47,594 nucleotides of DNA. Origin: Octopus bimaculoides (Eukaryota). The position numbers and the translations under genes were made by a program. The notes below the pieces were generated by a model. It had not been told where the DNA came from. It ran no database searches and was given only the letters and a program-made list of their open reading frames with translations. Numbering within the stretch: the first letter of the stretch is position 1; each line of letters starts with the position of its first letter. Where the stretch lies: contig NC_068985.1 in assembly GCF_001194135.2 (NCBI RefSeq), forward strand, positions 17,344,277-17,391,870, written 5' to 3'. Below, piece after piece: positions 9,329-22,404 of the stretch.

Positions 9329-11745
9329 CATAAGATACTGAGCATCAAATTAAAAAAAAACATATTCTGGTCAATAAAACCAAAATTTCTTTGCAAGTTT
9401 TATTAAATTTCACATCCTTTTTCCTGATTTGTCTTAAAATCATAGTTAAATGACTCAGATTTCATAACTAGCTGTTCATCATATACATGAACTAGAGAAG
9501 GAAATTTTTTTTCCCCCAGCAAGAAGAGGCTTTCAACCTATATTATATGAAACAATAAACTAGTACATTAATGATTCATTATCTCTCTATTATCAATTAG
9601 AGGAGCTGCAATTAAATAAAAGAGAATCCATTAAAACCCAGGTCTGGAGGAGCTGCAACAAAAAACCTCTACATGGCCATTCCACTTGCTATAAATAGTA
9701 GCTAAATCTCCCTCAAACAATACCCTACCACAGTGCTTTTCAACTTGTTCATTGTAAAACTGTCCTAAGTCAGAATATTTCAAATGATTTTTCGCATTTA
9801 CATATTAAAATTTAAATATTAATGACCTAGTTTCACTGTGCACAATTGTTCTCGCATGAAAGTTCCAATATATTCTATCTAATGGTTATATGTTGTTTAA
9901 TTTTAAGAAGGTAAATTCATAGGTACAAGCATAGGTAGTTGTTAAGAAGTTAGCTTTGCAATCCCCTGGTTTCAGGTTCAGTCTTGCTGCATGGTACCTT
10001 GAATAAGTATCTTCTATTATAGTTCCAAACTAACCAACGCATCATCATTTAACACCTGTCTTCCACGCTGGTATAGGTCAGATGTTCAACAGGATCCAAC
10101 AAGGCAGAGGGAGGAGTGTGTTGAGCTCCAATGTCTGCTTGGGAATGGTTTTACAGCCAGATACCCTTCCTACAGCAGGACCACTTTACAGAGCATAGGT
10201 GCTTTTTCCATAGAACCAGCAATAGTGAGGTCACTACGTAACTTACAAAACTAAAGTGCTGCTATGATTGATGGGAGTATAGTAGAGAGGGGGGCAGCAG
10301 TTTGCTAGAGAGGTTAAAATATGACAGAGGAACAGGAACTGGTTTATTGCCGTTGACAAGATACGTGCCTAATTCAGTAGGAATAGGTAAAGTTTGCAAG
10401 ATCTTGGGAAGAGAGAGATGATTAGAAATGGGGATAGAGGTGAATATAGTGAATGGAGAATAAGCAGTGAGGTAAGCATGGTGGATGGTAAATATCAGTT
10501 AATGGGGAGGTGTTAAGAAATAGAAGTGACTCAAGGAAGGATGTGATGGGTGGCAGTAAAAAAAAAATAGTGAAAAGCAGCAGAATTATAATAAAATTGT
10601 GGGTAGGAATATGATGGATGGGGTGAGTAGGTAAAGGTTATAAGGAGGAGACAGAGAAACATACAGTGAAGAATGAAGGCGATGTGAGATACATAGGGGT
10701 AAGTGGCTAACGGGGGAGGGATATGATGAATGGCACATATGAGACGATGTTAAGAATGATATATGGGTGTTAATAGGACATTCAGGAGAGGGAGAGACAA
10801 CAGGTAGCAGAGAAAGGAGGATAAGTGAAAAATAAGAGTGAGGGAGGATGATATTGAGAAAGAAGGATGGAACATCAAAAGTGGTCCCAGGGAGGGGAAG
10901 AAATAACTGGTAGCACAGGAAAAAAGGAATTAAATATGTACTTTTGTTTTCATTTAATGCAATAGTTAGACGAGTGCTGGAGAGAAGAGTGACAGAGATG
11001 AGAGGATAGGGAGGGCTTGATAGGGACAAATTGGGTGCAGGGCTAGTTGCATGTGTAACCAGTAAACAATGCTTTTAGGACCTTAGTTTTGCTGTGATGG
11101 GTGAGTCTTCTTGAGCTTAACACAATGCCAAGCATCTCAGTTCTCTGTCATCTCATTCATGAGGCTCAACATCCTGAGGTCAGCATTCACTACTTCACTT
11201 CACATCTTCCTTGGTTTCCCATATCCACAGGTTCCATCCACTTTATACAGCCATCCTCATCTTTATGCAACACATGTTGCATGCATGCATATATGTGTGT
11301 GTATATGTGTGCATGTGTCTCACCACTTGATAAACCTAGTGTAGGTTTGTTTACATCCCTGTTACTTAGTGGTTCAGCAAAGAAAAACAAAGAGGGAGAA
11401 AGTGAGAAAATGAATACCACACTTTAAGTTCTTGGTCCAAATTGATCAACTAAAACTCTTAAGACAACATGCTTGCAGTCCAATGACTAAAAAAAAATTG
11501 AAAGATATAGCATGTTGCCTCATATTTTAATGAAACAGAATGTATCATAATCTTTGAAAGGCTGGAAAGTATTGCTTTTCCATCTTGAAAAGAACATTAC
11601 ACATGTGATCAAAGTACATCATCTGAAGAAAGAAAATATGAGATGGTCATGTCTAGGACATCCTTCGTCAAGGATGCTTTGCAATGAAACAACATTTGTA
11701 CAGTTTAGATTTTAATGAAATCGGATTATGCATCATTTTACTTAC

Positions 11746-11946
11746 CTATGAAACCTTTTTTAGACAATTCTACAGCCAATCTACGAGTGATTTTTTCAAG
11801 TTCATTTTCAGTGTATTTACTTGGATCAATGCGAACACCAGCTTTTGCACCGCCAAATGGCACATCAACACATGCACATTTGTAGGTCATAAGAGCAGCC
11901 AAAGCTTTTACCTCGTCCAAGTTGACATCCATACTAAAACGGATAC
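11746..11946 (-). CDS. GLUD1: GDH coding exon 2 ([36 protein letters not shown]...SKKGFIG)
   Basis: Acceptor ttacag|GT ATC CGT, donor ATAG|gtaagt; 201 nt, phase 1 to 1. Contains the substrate/catalytic Lys motifs TYKCA and GGAKAG. Confidence 0.98.
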
Positions 11947-12534
11947 CTGTAACAGAACATAAAAACGATAGTAAATCAGTTTTTCTTTTATAATTTTTTT
12001 TTTGTTTAATTCATTTTTTTTTTTTTTGTATAGCAATTCTTCACTTTTTTGATACCAACTGGTTGGGAGTTTACCCTTGGGCCTATAGTACAAATTTATT
12101 CTTTTAAAGAGATCTACATTAAAATTTTCCCTTCAAAATTTCATTTTCCATACATCAGCTTAATAATGACAGAGTTAATTTTCATTATTTTTTTTTTAAT
12201 TAATTGAAATAAAAAGGGTGTAAATTTTAGCAGAAATATGGCAGCAAAAGGTCTAAAGAATATTCTTAATAAGAATAAAAGGTTCAACCTAATTCAATAA
12301 ATCCTAACCAATTACTATTACTAACTATAATTGATTATAACCCCCTGTGTGGTAGCTTATTAAATAGATTCCTTATTCATTAGTACTGACCTTAATCCAC
12401 TGCCCTAATTGGTCCTTAGGTGCTTCTATAGCAGACATTCAGGCCTCAACTACTAAGAATAATGTTCTCCTACAAGCCATAGAGGCCCTGAAACAGAAAG
12501 TGGGCCCTGCCCTTTCTTTTCTGACTTAACTATT

Positions 12535-12900
12535 AAAAGAAAATGTGGTTAAGAAGCTCACTTTGAAACAAAATGGTTTCAGGTTCAGACACATTGTGTG
12601 GCACCAGGAGCAAAGTGCCTTTTGCTATAGCCCCAGACTGACCAATGCCTTGTGAGTAAATTTGGTATATATAAACTGTGTTGAAGCTTGTTGCATGTGT
12701 ATGTATGTGAGTGTGCGTCTTTGTGCTTGTCCATCCCACCACTTGACAACCAGAATTGGTTCATTTACATTCCTGTAACTTAGTGGTTTGGCAAAAGAGA
12801 CCAGTGGACCAAAAAAATCACTGAGGTTGATATTTTCTTGGCTAAATCCTTCAAGAGTCTATCCTTAGTGAAGTCAGGACAAAATAACTGATAATGTACC
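12535..12900 (+). mobile_element. SINE family B, old diverged copy
   Basis: Same domain order (head, ggcacc..gcaaagtg, CA tract, cttgacaacc..gtaacttagtggtttggcaaaagagacc). Confidence 0.6.
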
Positions 12901-13073
12901 ACACTCAATGGTTGAGAAGTAGAAACTAGATAAGAGAAATCATAAAAGTTTCGAGCTAATATACAAAATAAGGCAGGATGGAGTTTATAGATAATCTTGT
13001 TTGGTTTTAGGTTAACAAGAGCAGAGCAGACCAAAGATCAATGTCATTCCAGCTATGACTGTCTAGTTTTTTT

Positions 13074-13132
13074 ATTTTAAGTGTAGTGTATCTATTTAAG
13101 TGTAGTGTATCTATTTAAGTGTAGTGTATCTA
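13074..13132. repeat. 19-bp tandem repeat x3
   Basis: tatttaagtgtagtgtatc repeated. Confidence 0.9.
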
Positions 13133-13419
13133 AAACTACATTGTGTGATCTTCCTTTTTTAAGACAAACCGCTATGAGAGATTCGGTTACCAGTCAAGTG
13201 ACCACTTAGAGCAGGTATGAGTAATGCTTTTCAAGAAGTGGGCTGCATGAGACAGGGTTCATTATTCAAGCAGGCCATACTACCAAAAAAGATTCAAGGT
13301 AATTTTTTTGTTAGGTGTACCATTCAGATGAATACTGCCAGAATGTAGAAATCACATGGTGTATTTCATGTGAGCCAAGCATTATAGATGATAGACTGAT
13401 ACAGAATCACTAATTCTAA

Positions 13420-13640
13420 CTTACATCTGCTGACCTAGAAAAGACTTTTGATAAGAGACCACCATCTCTTATCATGATGTATAAAGAAGTTAAGGAAATA
13501 GCTACACATTAATTAACAGCTTGTGACAAATGTTGAGGTTATGTAAAGAAAACTAAAAGCAGCGTCAATTGTGACCATGGGTTCAAAGAGGAGTTCAAGA
13601 TGGTGATTCTAAGTTCTCTCTTTATCCCAATCCTTGACAT
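13420..13640 (+). mobile_element. Highly degenerate RTE-type reverse transcriptase remnant
   Basis: Peptide traces ADLEKTFD and EEFKMV..LSSLFIPIL resemble FADLEKAFD and EEF.V..G..QGSVLSPLLF. Confidence 0.45.
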
Positions 13641-16600
13641 CAACATCATCATCAGGTCCCAATGTCAGCTTAGGCATGGTTTCTACAGCTGGACGCCCTT
13701 CCTAACATCAACCACATTACAGTATGTATTCAGTGCCTTTTCCATGACACCAGTATTAGTGAAGTAGCCAGGTAACTTGCAAAATAAAGTGAACAAAGGC
13801 GTGGGAGGTACATGAATGAAAACTACGGGGCTCAGAACAAATTCAATGCAAGAGGTAATGAATAAGTCTTAAGTATAGAAAAAAGAAAGTAATAATGATC
13901 ACATTGATAGTTCAATCATTTCTATAGGATTTGTCAAAAGTCAATAGTGTCAAAGAAATGGTTATGTTGGAGGAGTGTAGGAAGAACCAAACTGAAAGGA
14001 GACAACCGACAGTTTAATTGTATCACGTGGTCTGTTTAGTGACAGTACAAGCAGCTCAGGAAGAAAGAACATCAACTGATCAGATGTTTCGCAGAAGTAA
14101 CTATGTTCTGCTACTGAGGAAAACTAATTACTTTTTAGCTGTGAAGCTGATGAAAGACAATGTAGATGGATTTTAATAATAAATCAATTTTCTTTCTATT
14201 GAAAAAGATAGTATATTATTTGTACATTGTGTGCACATGAAATGAGGTCAGTAACCAAAGAAACTGAACATACAAAAAAAAATAAAAATTACAATATCTA
14301 CTAAAATGAACTCGTATGACAAGTTGAGCACCTTTGAGCTAACATGATTTATCTCGCTTCACTCCTTTTCTGTATCAATATAACATCACTGAAAACGTCC
14401 TCGGAGTGAGAGTCTTGACAACGCTAGCAAAATACAGATATTACAGAAATCAAGAAAATATCAACAATATTACACTAATTACTTATAAATAACCCCTTGC
14501 TAAAACCATTCTTCCCTTACATAATGTTAACGTCTTATAGTTTCCACATTGCAAACAAAATTTTGTTTTGGTTAACAGGATCAGGAAATCATGAATAGTT
14601 AGTGATGTTATTATATAAGTTACAAGCAGACGGCTGCTCATACATTTGACATGATGTACCCCACACCACATTTGTGCAAATGTGAACTTGACACAAAGGT
14701 TATCCACGTCATTTACCAATAATTTCAACATGTGTATCCACTACTGGCTTGAAACCACCTTCTGCTTCAATCATAACCAACAAAAATAGTTTTTAATTAA
14801 GGAGCTTCTACATGGATGCTGATAGAAATAGCACCTAACTTTCAATTAGCACTTCTACCATCCCAAATATGCTAAGGGCATTATATAATGGAGTCCTAAA
14901 ATTGCGTGATGCTTAGAGCAGGAATATCTTTAGCCATAGATCAATTTAGAGTTAATCTAAAATTTAACAGCAACGCTTTTTATATCTCTAAACTAGCAGT
15001 AGTATACCACCTTCATCTCAACCCACCTTCTAATTTATTATGGTCACCGATATTGTCTAAGCGCAGACGATTCTTTCATCTACACAGCTGCACGCCTATG
15101 GGTTCCACACAGTTCACCTGTATTAAACGTGCTAAACTTTCATTATTACACCCGTCTCATAAGACCGTGTAATTTCTGATCGGCGAACTTTGGAGAAAGA
15201 AAGGGGGCAAGGAATTGGGTGGTTGTTTTTGTCCCAAAACTTTAATTAAATACATTTTTGTCTCCTTCCCACCCCCAAATTCCATGCCCTTTTTTTTTTT
15301 GTTACTATGTCTCTCCCACCCTCTTCAGTGAATATCGTTAATGGTGTGATCGGATTTTGGCTATCCCCCTCCCCAACCTTTTTCACTTTTCCTTCACATC
15401 AACCTACTTCTAAATCAAACGCATTCCGATGAAGGTGATACTAGTGCAATTACTGATGCATATAGATCCTATTCTCAGCTAAATGACAGTGTGTGTGTGT
15501 GCGTGTACGTGCGTGCGCGCGTCAGAGAGAGTGGATGAATGAATGCGTCCCATCCATAATTTATTGTTATGGTTATCCTAGATTCCTAAAATCCTATTTG
15601 ATCAACAGAGCAAAACACCTGTTTGTGATTCGAGTTCACACCTTGAAAGAATTATTGAAACAAGTACACGGAAACATTATTAAAAAGTTTCGATTTCGAA
15701 TTTAATATTTGCTTTCAAAGCTGGCACGTTCGGTTATACAACTGAGCACTGCAACTATATATCTTTAGATATTTCTTTGTATCTGATACAGTCATCTCAA
15801 ATCATCTTGATTCACATAATTATATCCATTGATGAAGATTCAAATTTACGTAAAAACACAAAAAGAAAAATTAAATTCCTTAATTTATTTTAGTAACAAG
15901 AATCTAGCACTGAACACTTAATATGTATTTTCATTTTAAAACATTATTTCTGCGCAGATATTAAAAGTGAAAGTTTATACTGGAAGCGAACCAACATATA
16001 TTGTTTGTTGTATATTACTGCTAAATATAATAAACCTCGAAAGAATATCTTCACGGATTCTCTTTTTCCTTTCTTAATTTACAAAATATAAGATGTGCTT
16101 ATTTTTCATAAAGTCATGAGTTTTTCTGCAATAAAACATAACCAACTGTTCTAGTGTTGAAACACATATATGTGGATNNNNNNNNNNACTTTGTCTTACG
16201 TCCACGAAACTTTAATATAGAGTCCAAATGTTATTTCAACCAAATGTACAGAATACTACTATCATTTATTCACGCACTCGTCTAGGCATTATAAATAGTT
16301 GATTAAAAAGGTTTTTAGTTTACATATAGGCTATATACAGGATTAAAAGCTCTATATGAAAAAAAATATATATTAAGCACAAAATATGTCCCATGCATTA
16401 TCAAAAATGTTGATATTTTAGAAAGAAAAAAAAAAAACAAGTTTAAAAACTATGGTGCCAGAAATAAATTTTAAGGTCCAATATGTTATTGAGTTGAGAC
16501 ATGCAATGTCAAAGGGTGAATGGATCATTTGACTTTTAAAGAAGCCAAAAACGAGAGCTTCAGAAGGGAAACAATTTGGGAGTCAGCCAGTAGCTGGCAA

Positions 16601-16822
16601 TAAAACGGATGAATAAATGTTGGAAGATTTAATTAGATTAATAAAGACAAATTTACACACACGCGCATGTATGTAAATATGTATGAACTATGATTTTGGC
16701 AAGGTCCAGCTAGCTAATATCACTTTATATAAATATGCCCTTGAAAAAAAAAAGTATTAAACATCACAATCGCATCCCTAAAAATCAGAGCTCTTACGAA
16801 GTTTAAAATATATATTATAATA

Positions 16823-16853
<31 letters not shown>

Positions 16854-16931
16854 CTACATATATACATCTACATATACACATATATATATACACACACATA
16901 TATATATATACATATATACACATATATACAT

Positions 16932-16975
<44 letters not shown>

Positions 16976-17574
16976 CCAATAACTTGCCATGTAACAGATG
17001 CGTTTTGTTAGTATCAAATAAGCTGAGGTTGTCTTTGTATCACGAGAGATTGCATTCTTTAAGAATTATTTTATGCTGCCTTTTGCTCTGGAACCCAATT
17101 ATTACGTGTCAAATAATATGTAAAACGTTCATCAGATGTAGATGACGATGGCAGCTGAAGAGTATTAACAATGTAGTGGGTCAAAATAATTGAAATAAAT
17201 GACAGGACAGAGTGGAATTTGTAAGGAAATATATCACATCGTATTTAACAAAAAAAAAATCAAAGTAAAAACAAAAGTGACTTGACAGGCTTTATTGATG
17301 AAGATGATCATCAAAGACAAATAATTACAGTGTGAAATGGTTATCAACATCAGCTGAATAATTCATAGAATAAATACATTTTGAAAGCGTGATGAGCAAA
17401 ACTAGGACAGAAAAGACGGTTATTAATTGAATTAAATCAAAAGAAAGCTGTTTGTTGTACGAAAAGGAAATGAGGTTGGGTTTATTTCGCTGTTTAGGCG
17501 TGTCAACAAAATGATGATCGAAAGTAAAAAAAATAACACATTTTAATTGTTAAAGGTTTATGAACATCTTTGTT

Positions 17575-17613
<39 letters not shown>

Positions 17614-18026
17614 AACAAGAAGTATAGTTATGCTTTAGTGTTCTTTTAAGATATATGAAACACGTGAAACAAGCACCTTTGACGAACAACACTATTAAAA
17701 GTTTTATAGCGTTAATTTCGAAAAACATCAGCTAAACTTCTTTAATTTATTGAACAAGACACAAATTACGGATGTTGTTGAAAAACTATTCATGTTCAAA
17801 TGTTATACAGAGGAGTGGTTTAATTTCACACTATAAAATGGTTATTACTCATAGAATACTAAATTATTGTTTACTTCATTGATGGCTACATGAGAATATG
17901 GGTAGGTAGATAGATAAATACACTGATAGATAGATAGATTGAGAGATAGATAGAGAGATAGATAGAGTGATAGATAGATATAAGGAGTAAACAAAATCTT
18001 TCACGGTAATATTTTTAAACTCTTAC

Positions 18027-18426
18027 CTCCTTTACAAGGTGTTCGGTGGTGGCTGTGTTGGGCCCTGTAAGCTTCAATCATTTCGATGTCACCATTATCT
18101 CTTTTTAGGGGAAAATTTAAAGCGACGACTGCATTACAGGGTTTAATAATTCTAAGTATCCCACGAACCTTTTCTAACTTTTGATCTGGTGTCAATTTGC
18201 CTTTCAATTCCTGAGCAAAACTTTCCTCTATAATACAAGTGGCTCTGTCAAAGAATTTTTCCACCATTTCGAAGAAACTTGGTTCCTCGGTTGCTGTGCT
18301 ATTGGAACGATTGGATACGAAAATGTTCGATTTCCTAAGAATATTTGACGAAACAGCAGCTGAGCCATCGCATCCATACCTGGCAATAATGCTGCGACAG
18401 TTGTTTGAAAAGGCTTTTGATAACAT
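18027..18426 (-). CDS. GLUD1: Glutamate dehydrogenase, mitochondrial, coding exon 1 (targeting presequence plus N-terminus to HRTPCKG-G)
   Basis: ORF MLSKAF...EPSFFEMVEKFFDRA...VRGILRIIKPCN...YRAQHSHHRTPCKGG matches the animal GDH N-terminus. Ends at donor GGAG|gtaaga; 400 nt, phase 1. The first ~42 aa are Ser/Arg/Asn-rich with a single acidic residue, like a mitochondrial presequence (inference). Confidence 0.97.
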
Positions 18427-18780
18427 CTCTACTTTGTAAAAAGAAAGAAGTCAAAAGTCTTCTTTAATCCACTTTTTTTTTTACCGAAGCTGAATGCAGC
18501 TATGGAGAGAGAAACCACAGACTGATGTTGCCTCGAACACGATTGACAACCTAAACACACGTCTTGCTGTTTAATTCAGTCGAATCACTAAGTGCTTCTG
18601 TCCTTGAAACGACCGAATCTAGGAGGAGTGGTTTTTACAAACAGCTTATCTACCAATCAAAAGGTCGAAATGCATAGGCAGGCGCAATGACCAGAGGATC
18701 CATATATAACATAGTCACACGTGCGTAGGTAAATATATTTCTCAATAGGCAAACACCGGTGTAAGGAGGAAAGAATAGTT
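18427..18780 (-). promoter_or_regulatory. Putative GDH 5' UTR and proximal promoter
   Basis: Unique, more CpG-rich sequence directly upstream of the ATG; CCAAT near 18654 and E-box CACGTG near 18718. The TSS cannot be determined from sequence. Confidence 0.4.
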
Positions 18781-18825
18781 AATGTTTTTTTCTGATGATA
18801 CCGAATCGCGGATATTTGTTGTGTA

Positions 18826-18888
<63 letters not shown>

Positions 18889-19386
18889 TTTTTGAAGATT
18901 CTTGATGTGAACTCTTGTGTTGAAGGAGATTTTGCTTCATCACAGGAGGGTCGTTACGCTAATATTAAACACATGCACTGTTTCAATTTCACTTCTTTAT
19001 TGTTTCTCATTTCTTGGCTACCTATTTAATCAACTAAGTAATCAACTGTGCGATTAATCATTCGGTTAATCAATCAATTAGTATCATCATCATCATTTAA
19101 CGTCTGTTTTCCATACTGGCATGGATTGGATGGTTTGACATGAGCTGGTAAGGCCAATTCCTATACCACGCTCCATTATCTGTTTTAACATAGTTTCAAC
19201 TGCTGGGTGCCCTTCCTAACGCCCGCCACTTTACAGAATGTATTGGGTGCTTTTTCTTTTGTAGCACCAGCACTAGTGCTTTTTATGTGGCACCAGCACT
19301 GGTGCTTTTTATGTGGCACTATCCACAACAGGGTCACCAAGTAGCTGACAAAACAACCATGCATACATATATACATATATATATAT

Positions 19387-19541
19387 GGTTGGCGATAGGA
19401 AGGGCATCCAGCTGTAGAAACTCTGCCAAGTCAGATTGGAGCCTGGTGTAGCCATCTGGTTCGCCAGTCCTCGGTCAAATCGTCCAACCCATGCTAGCAT
19501 GGAAAGTGGACGTTAAACGATGATGATGATGATGATGATGA
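19387..19541 (+). mobile_element. Family A repeat
   Basis: Core plus (GAT)n tail; an older opposite-strand copy lies at ~19082-19345. Confidence 0.9.
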
Positions 19542-20568
19542 TATATATATATATATANNNNNNNNNNNNNNNNNNNNNNNNNNNNNNNNNNNNNNNNNNN
19601 NNNNNNNNNNNNNNNNNNNNNNNNNNNNNNNNNNNNNNNNNNNNNNNNNNNNNNNNNNNNNNNNNNNNNNNNNNNNNNNNNNNNNNNNNNNNNNNNNNNN
19701 NNNNNNNNNNNNNNNNNNNNNNNNNNNNNNNNNNNNNNNNNNNNNNNNNNAAAAATTCTTCTGATAGAATAAATGGGTTAATAGAAACCAATGTAGCAAA
19801 GAACACAAAATAACTGTGGTTAGCTCCTGTTTTTAAGGCAGGAACTCCTTGAAATTTTGGGTATTTGAGTATATTTAAGAATTTAAGGATATAATCGGTC
19901 ATAATGTCTTACGTTTAAGATGATTCCCATGCTTTCCCTGATGAGAAGGTTACAATTTTAATATGAAAGATCCCTATGGATCACACAGGTTGTAATCCTT
20001 TGAAACATATGTAGGAATAAAGTATGCAATTATAACATGCGTTTTCTCCAATCCTTAAATTCTTACATATATATATATATATATATATTTATATATGGAT
20101 AGGTATAGATATAATATAGATAGATAGATGTTTATCATCGTCATTGTTTAATGTTTTTCTTTCCATGCTGGCACGAGTTGGACAGTTTGACTGAGAACTG
20201 GCAAGCCAGGAGGCTACTACAATAGGCTCCAATCTGATCTGGCTAGGTTTCTACAGCTGGATGCCCTTCCTAATGCCAATCACTCCAAGAGTGGGTGCTT
20301 TTTATGTGCCACCAGCATGGGTGCCAGCCAGGTGGCACTGGCATCGACCACACTCCAATGGTGCTTGTTACATGCCAGCATGGGAGCCACTCAGGTGGCA
20401 CTGGCACTGACCACTCTAGAGAGAGAGAATGTTAGTTATAGCCAGTTCATAGGGTTACCCAGGGTTTCATGTCCAGAAAGCGCTTGGCTTTACACACATC
20501 TCATCAGACCCTAATGGTCAGTGGCTCTACTGCTCTATAACTTCTCTTTCAGATTTATGATTTACTGA

Positions 20569-20615
<47 letters not shown>

Positions 20616-20620
<5 letters not shown>

Positions 20621-20790
20621 GAGAATATACGAAAAAACAACAACAGACGAGGACAGGTGGTGTAAATAACAAAAGGATGTATTAGTATGACGCCCGGGAA
20701 TACGGAAAGTCTTTGACGTTTCGAGCTACGCTCTTCAACAGAAAGAATACGGAGACAAGGAGAAAAACACGGAGAAAAAAAATTGATATA
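20616..20790 (-). mobile_element. Penelope pLTR-like fragment carrying the hammerhead-like motif
   Basis: Short non-coding segment between (TA)n tracts, with a layout similar to the segment at 5620-5733. Confidence 0.45.
20710..20746 (-). ncRNA. Hammerhead-like motif with variant core CUGUUGA
   Basis: ucuuu-CUGUUGA-A-GAGC-gua-GCUC-GAAA-C-GUC-aaaga; all three stems are complementary and only core position A6 is U. Confidence 0.55.
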
Positions 20791-21164
20791 TATATATATA
20801 TATCTTGTCCTGTTTTTTTTGTTGTTCAAAAAAAAAGTTTGTTTTCTGTTTTTGTTTCTCATTGTGTTTTTTTGTGATGTCCTGTACCCATATATGCATA
20901 TGTATACTTATAGATGTAGGTATGTACATATATGTATGGATATATGCATATATTTATATATTATTTCTATTATTATATGATCGAACGCCACGCATCTTTC
21001 TCTATGTATGTATGTATGTATATATATATCATCATCGTTTAACGTCTGCTTTCCATGCTAGCATGGGTTATATATATGTGTGTGTGTGTATATATATATA
21101 GGAAGATAGATAGATAGATAGGTATACGTACATACACACACACACACACATATATATATACATA

Positions 21165-21595
21165 CAGGCACCTGTGCCAGTGCAGCGCTAACAGCACCAT
21201 CCGAGTAGGATCACTGCCAGAGCAGAGCACCATTTGAGCATGATCGTTACCAGCGTCGCCTTACTGGCACTTGTGCCAGTGGCACGTGAACAAAGCATTC
21301 GAGCGAGGTCGTTTCCAGTGCCGCTGGACTGACTCCTGTGCAGGTGGCACATAAAAAACACCACTTGAGCATGGCCATTTCTAATACCGCCTGTCTGGCC
21401 CTCATGCCGGTGGCACGTAAAAGTATCTGCTACACTCTTGGAGTGGTTGGCGTTAGGAAGGGCATCCAGCTGTAGAAACTCTGCCAAATCAGATTGGAGC
21501 CTGGTGTAGCCATCTAGTTCACCAGTCCTCAGTCAAATCATCCAACCCATGCTAGCATGGAAAGCGGACGTTAAACGATGATGATAATGATGATA
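21165..21595 (+). mobile_element. Family A repeat (long)
   Basis: Subrepeats plus core plus tail. Confidence 0.9.
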
Positions 21596-21640
21596 TCCAA
21601 GAAAGTTAAGAGTTGTGAAACCAACCCACTAAGGGATAAT

Positions 21641-21812
21641 CATCATCATCATCATCATCATCGTTTAACGTCCGCTTTCCATGCTAGCATGGGTTGGACG
21701 ATTTGACTGAGGACTGGTGAAACTGGATGGCAACATCAGGCTCCAATCTAATTTGGCAGAGTTTCTACAGCTGGATGCCCTTCCTAACGCCAACCACTCA
21801 GAGAGTGTAGGA
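21641..21812 (-). mobile_element. Family A repeat, tail-to-tail with 21165-21595
   Basis: Reverse complement of the core. Confidence 0.9.
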
Positions 21813-21930
21813 TAATATCCATCCAATATACTGCCAGAAGAATACCCAATTATTATTACACTAGTGTTTTTTCTTTGTATTACCAAGTGCAATAAATGGG
21901 TGCGGGTAAAGAGATATTTTACCATTAATT

Positions 21931-22115
21931 TATATAGCAATAAGAAAATGGAGGAGAATAGGTGGTATTCATCAATTTGCAGACATTGTATTGTGTGTTT
22001 GTATTTTGTTATTATTGTCCTTTTAGTAAACAAATAAACAAGTAAATTGACATAATACAATGTCTGCAAGTTGATGAATATCACCTATTCCTCTCCATTC
22101 TCTTATTGCTATATA
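21931..22115. repeat. ~185-nt imperfect palindrome (MITE relic or hairpin RNA)
   Basis: Arms of ~65 nt, tatatagcaataagaaaatggaggagaataggtggtattcatcaatttgcagacattgtattgtgt and its near reverse complement ending at 22115. Confidence 0.8.
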
Positions 22116-22404
22116 TATGTTTGTATGTATATGATATTTTGAATGCATTTAATAAGTAATATATGTATGTGTCAGTGTGTATTGCGGTCTAGACATCACG
22201 TGATGGTTATAATTGGGATGCATTGTTATACAAGTGAGATTGTTCATTTCCAGTCATCTGTGTAAAGCATGACTAGCTCTGGTTAAGTAACACCTTGCTT
22301 GGAAACAGGTGAGTGTTGGTGAGAGTTGTTGAAAACATGCTTCAACAAATTCCATCTGACCTCTGCAACCATGGAAAAGTGGGCATCATTAAATGATGAT
22401 GATA

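Noticed and set aside
10586-11029. 147-aa Ser/Pro/Leu-rich ORF (also 3155-3573)
   Set aside because: Purine/pyrimidine-skewed low-complexity DNA with no domain similarity.
17380-17470. GTGATGA box-C-like motif in GDH intron 1 (also reverse strand ~18940)
   Set aside because: No box D (CTGA) or terminal stem at a suitable distance; not supportable as a snoRNA.
18239-18439. Plus-strand ORF overlapping GDH exon 1 (similarly 11684-11962)
   Set aside because: Antisense shadow of the coding exon with no independent evidence.
19938-19980. CTGATGA...GAAA spacing compatible with a hammerhead
   Set aside because: No stem II complementarity and no consistent stem I.
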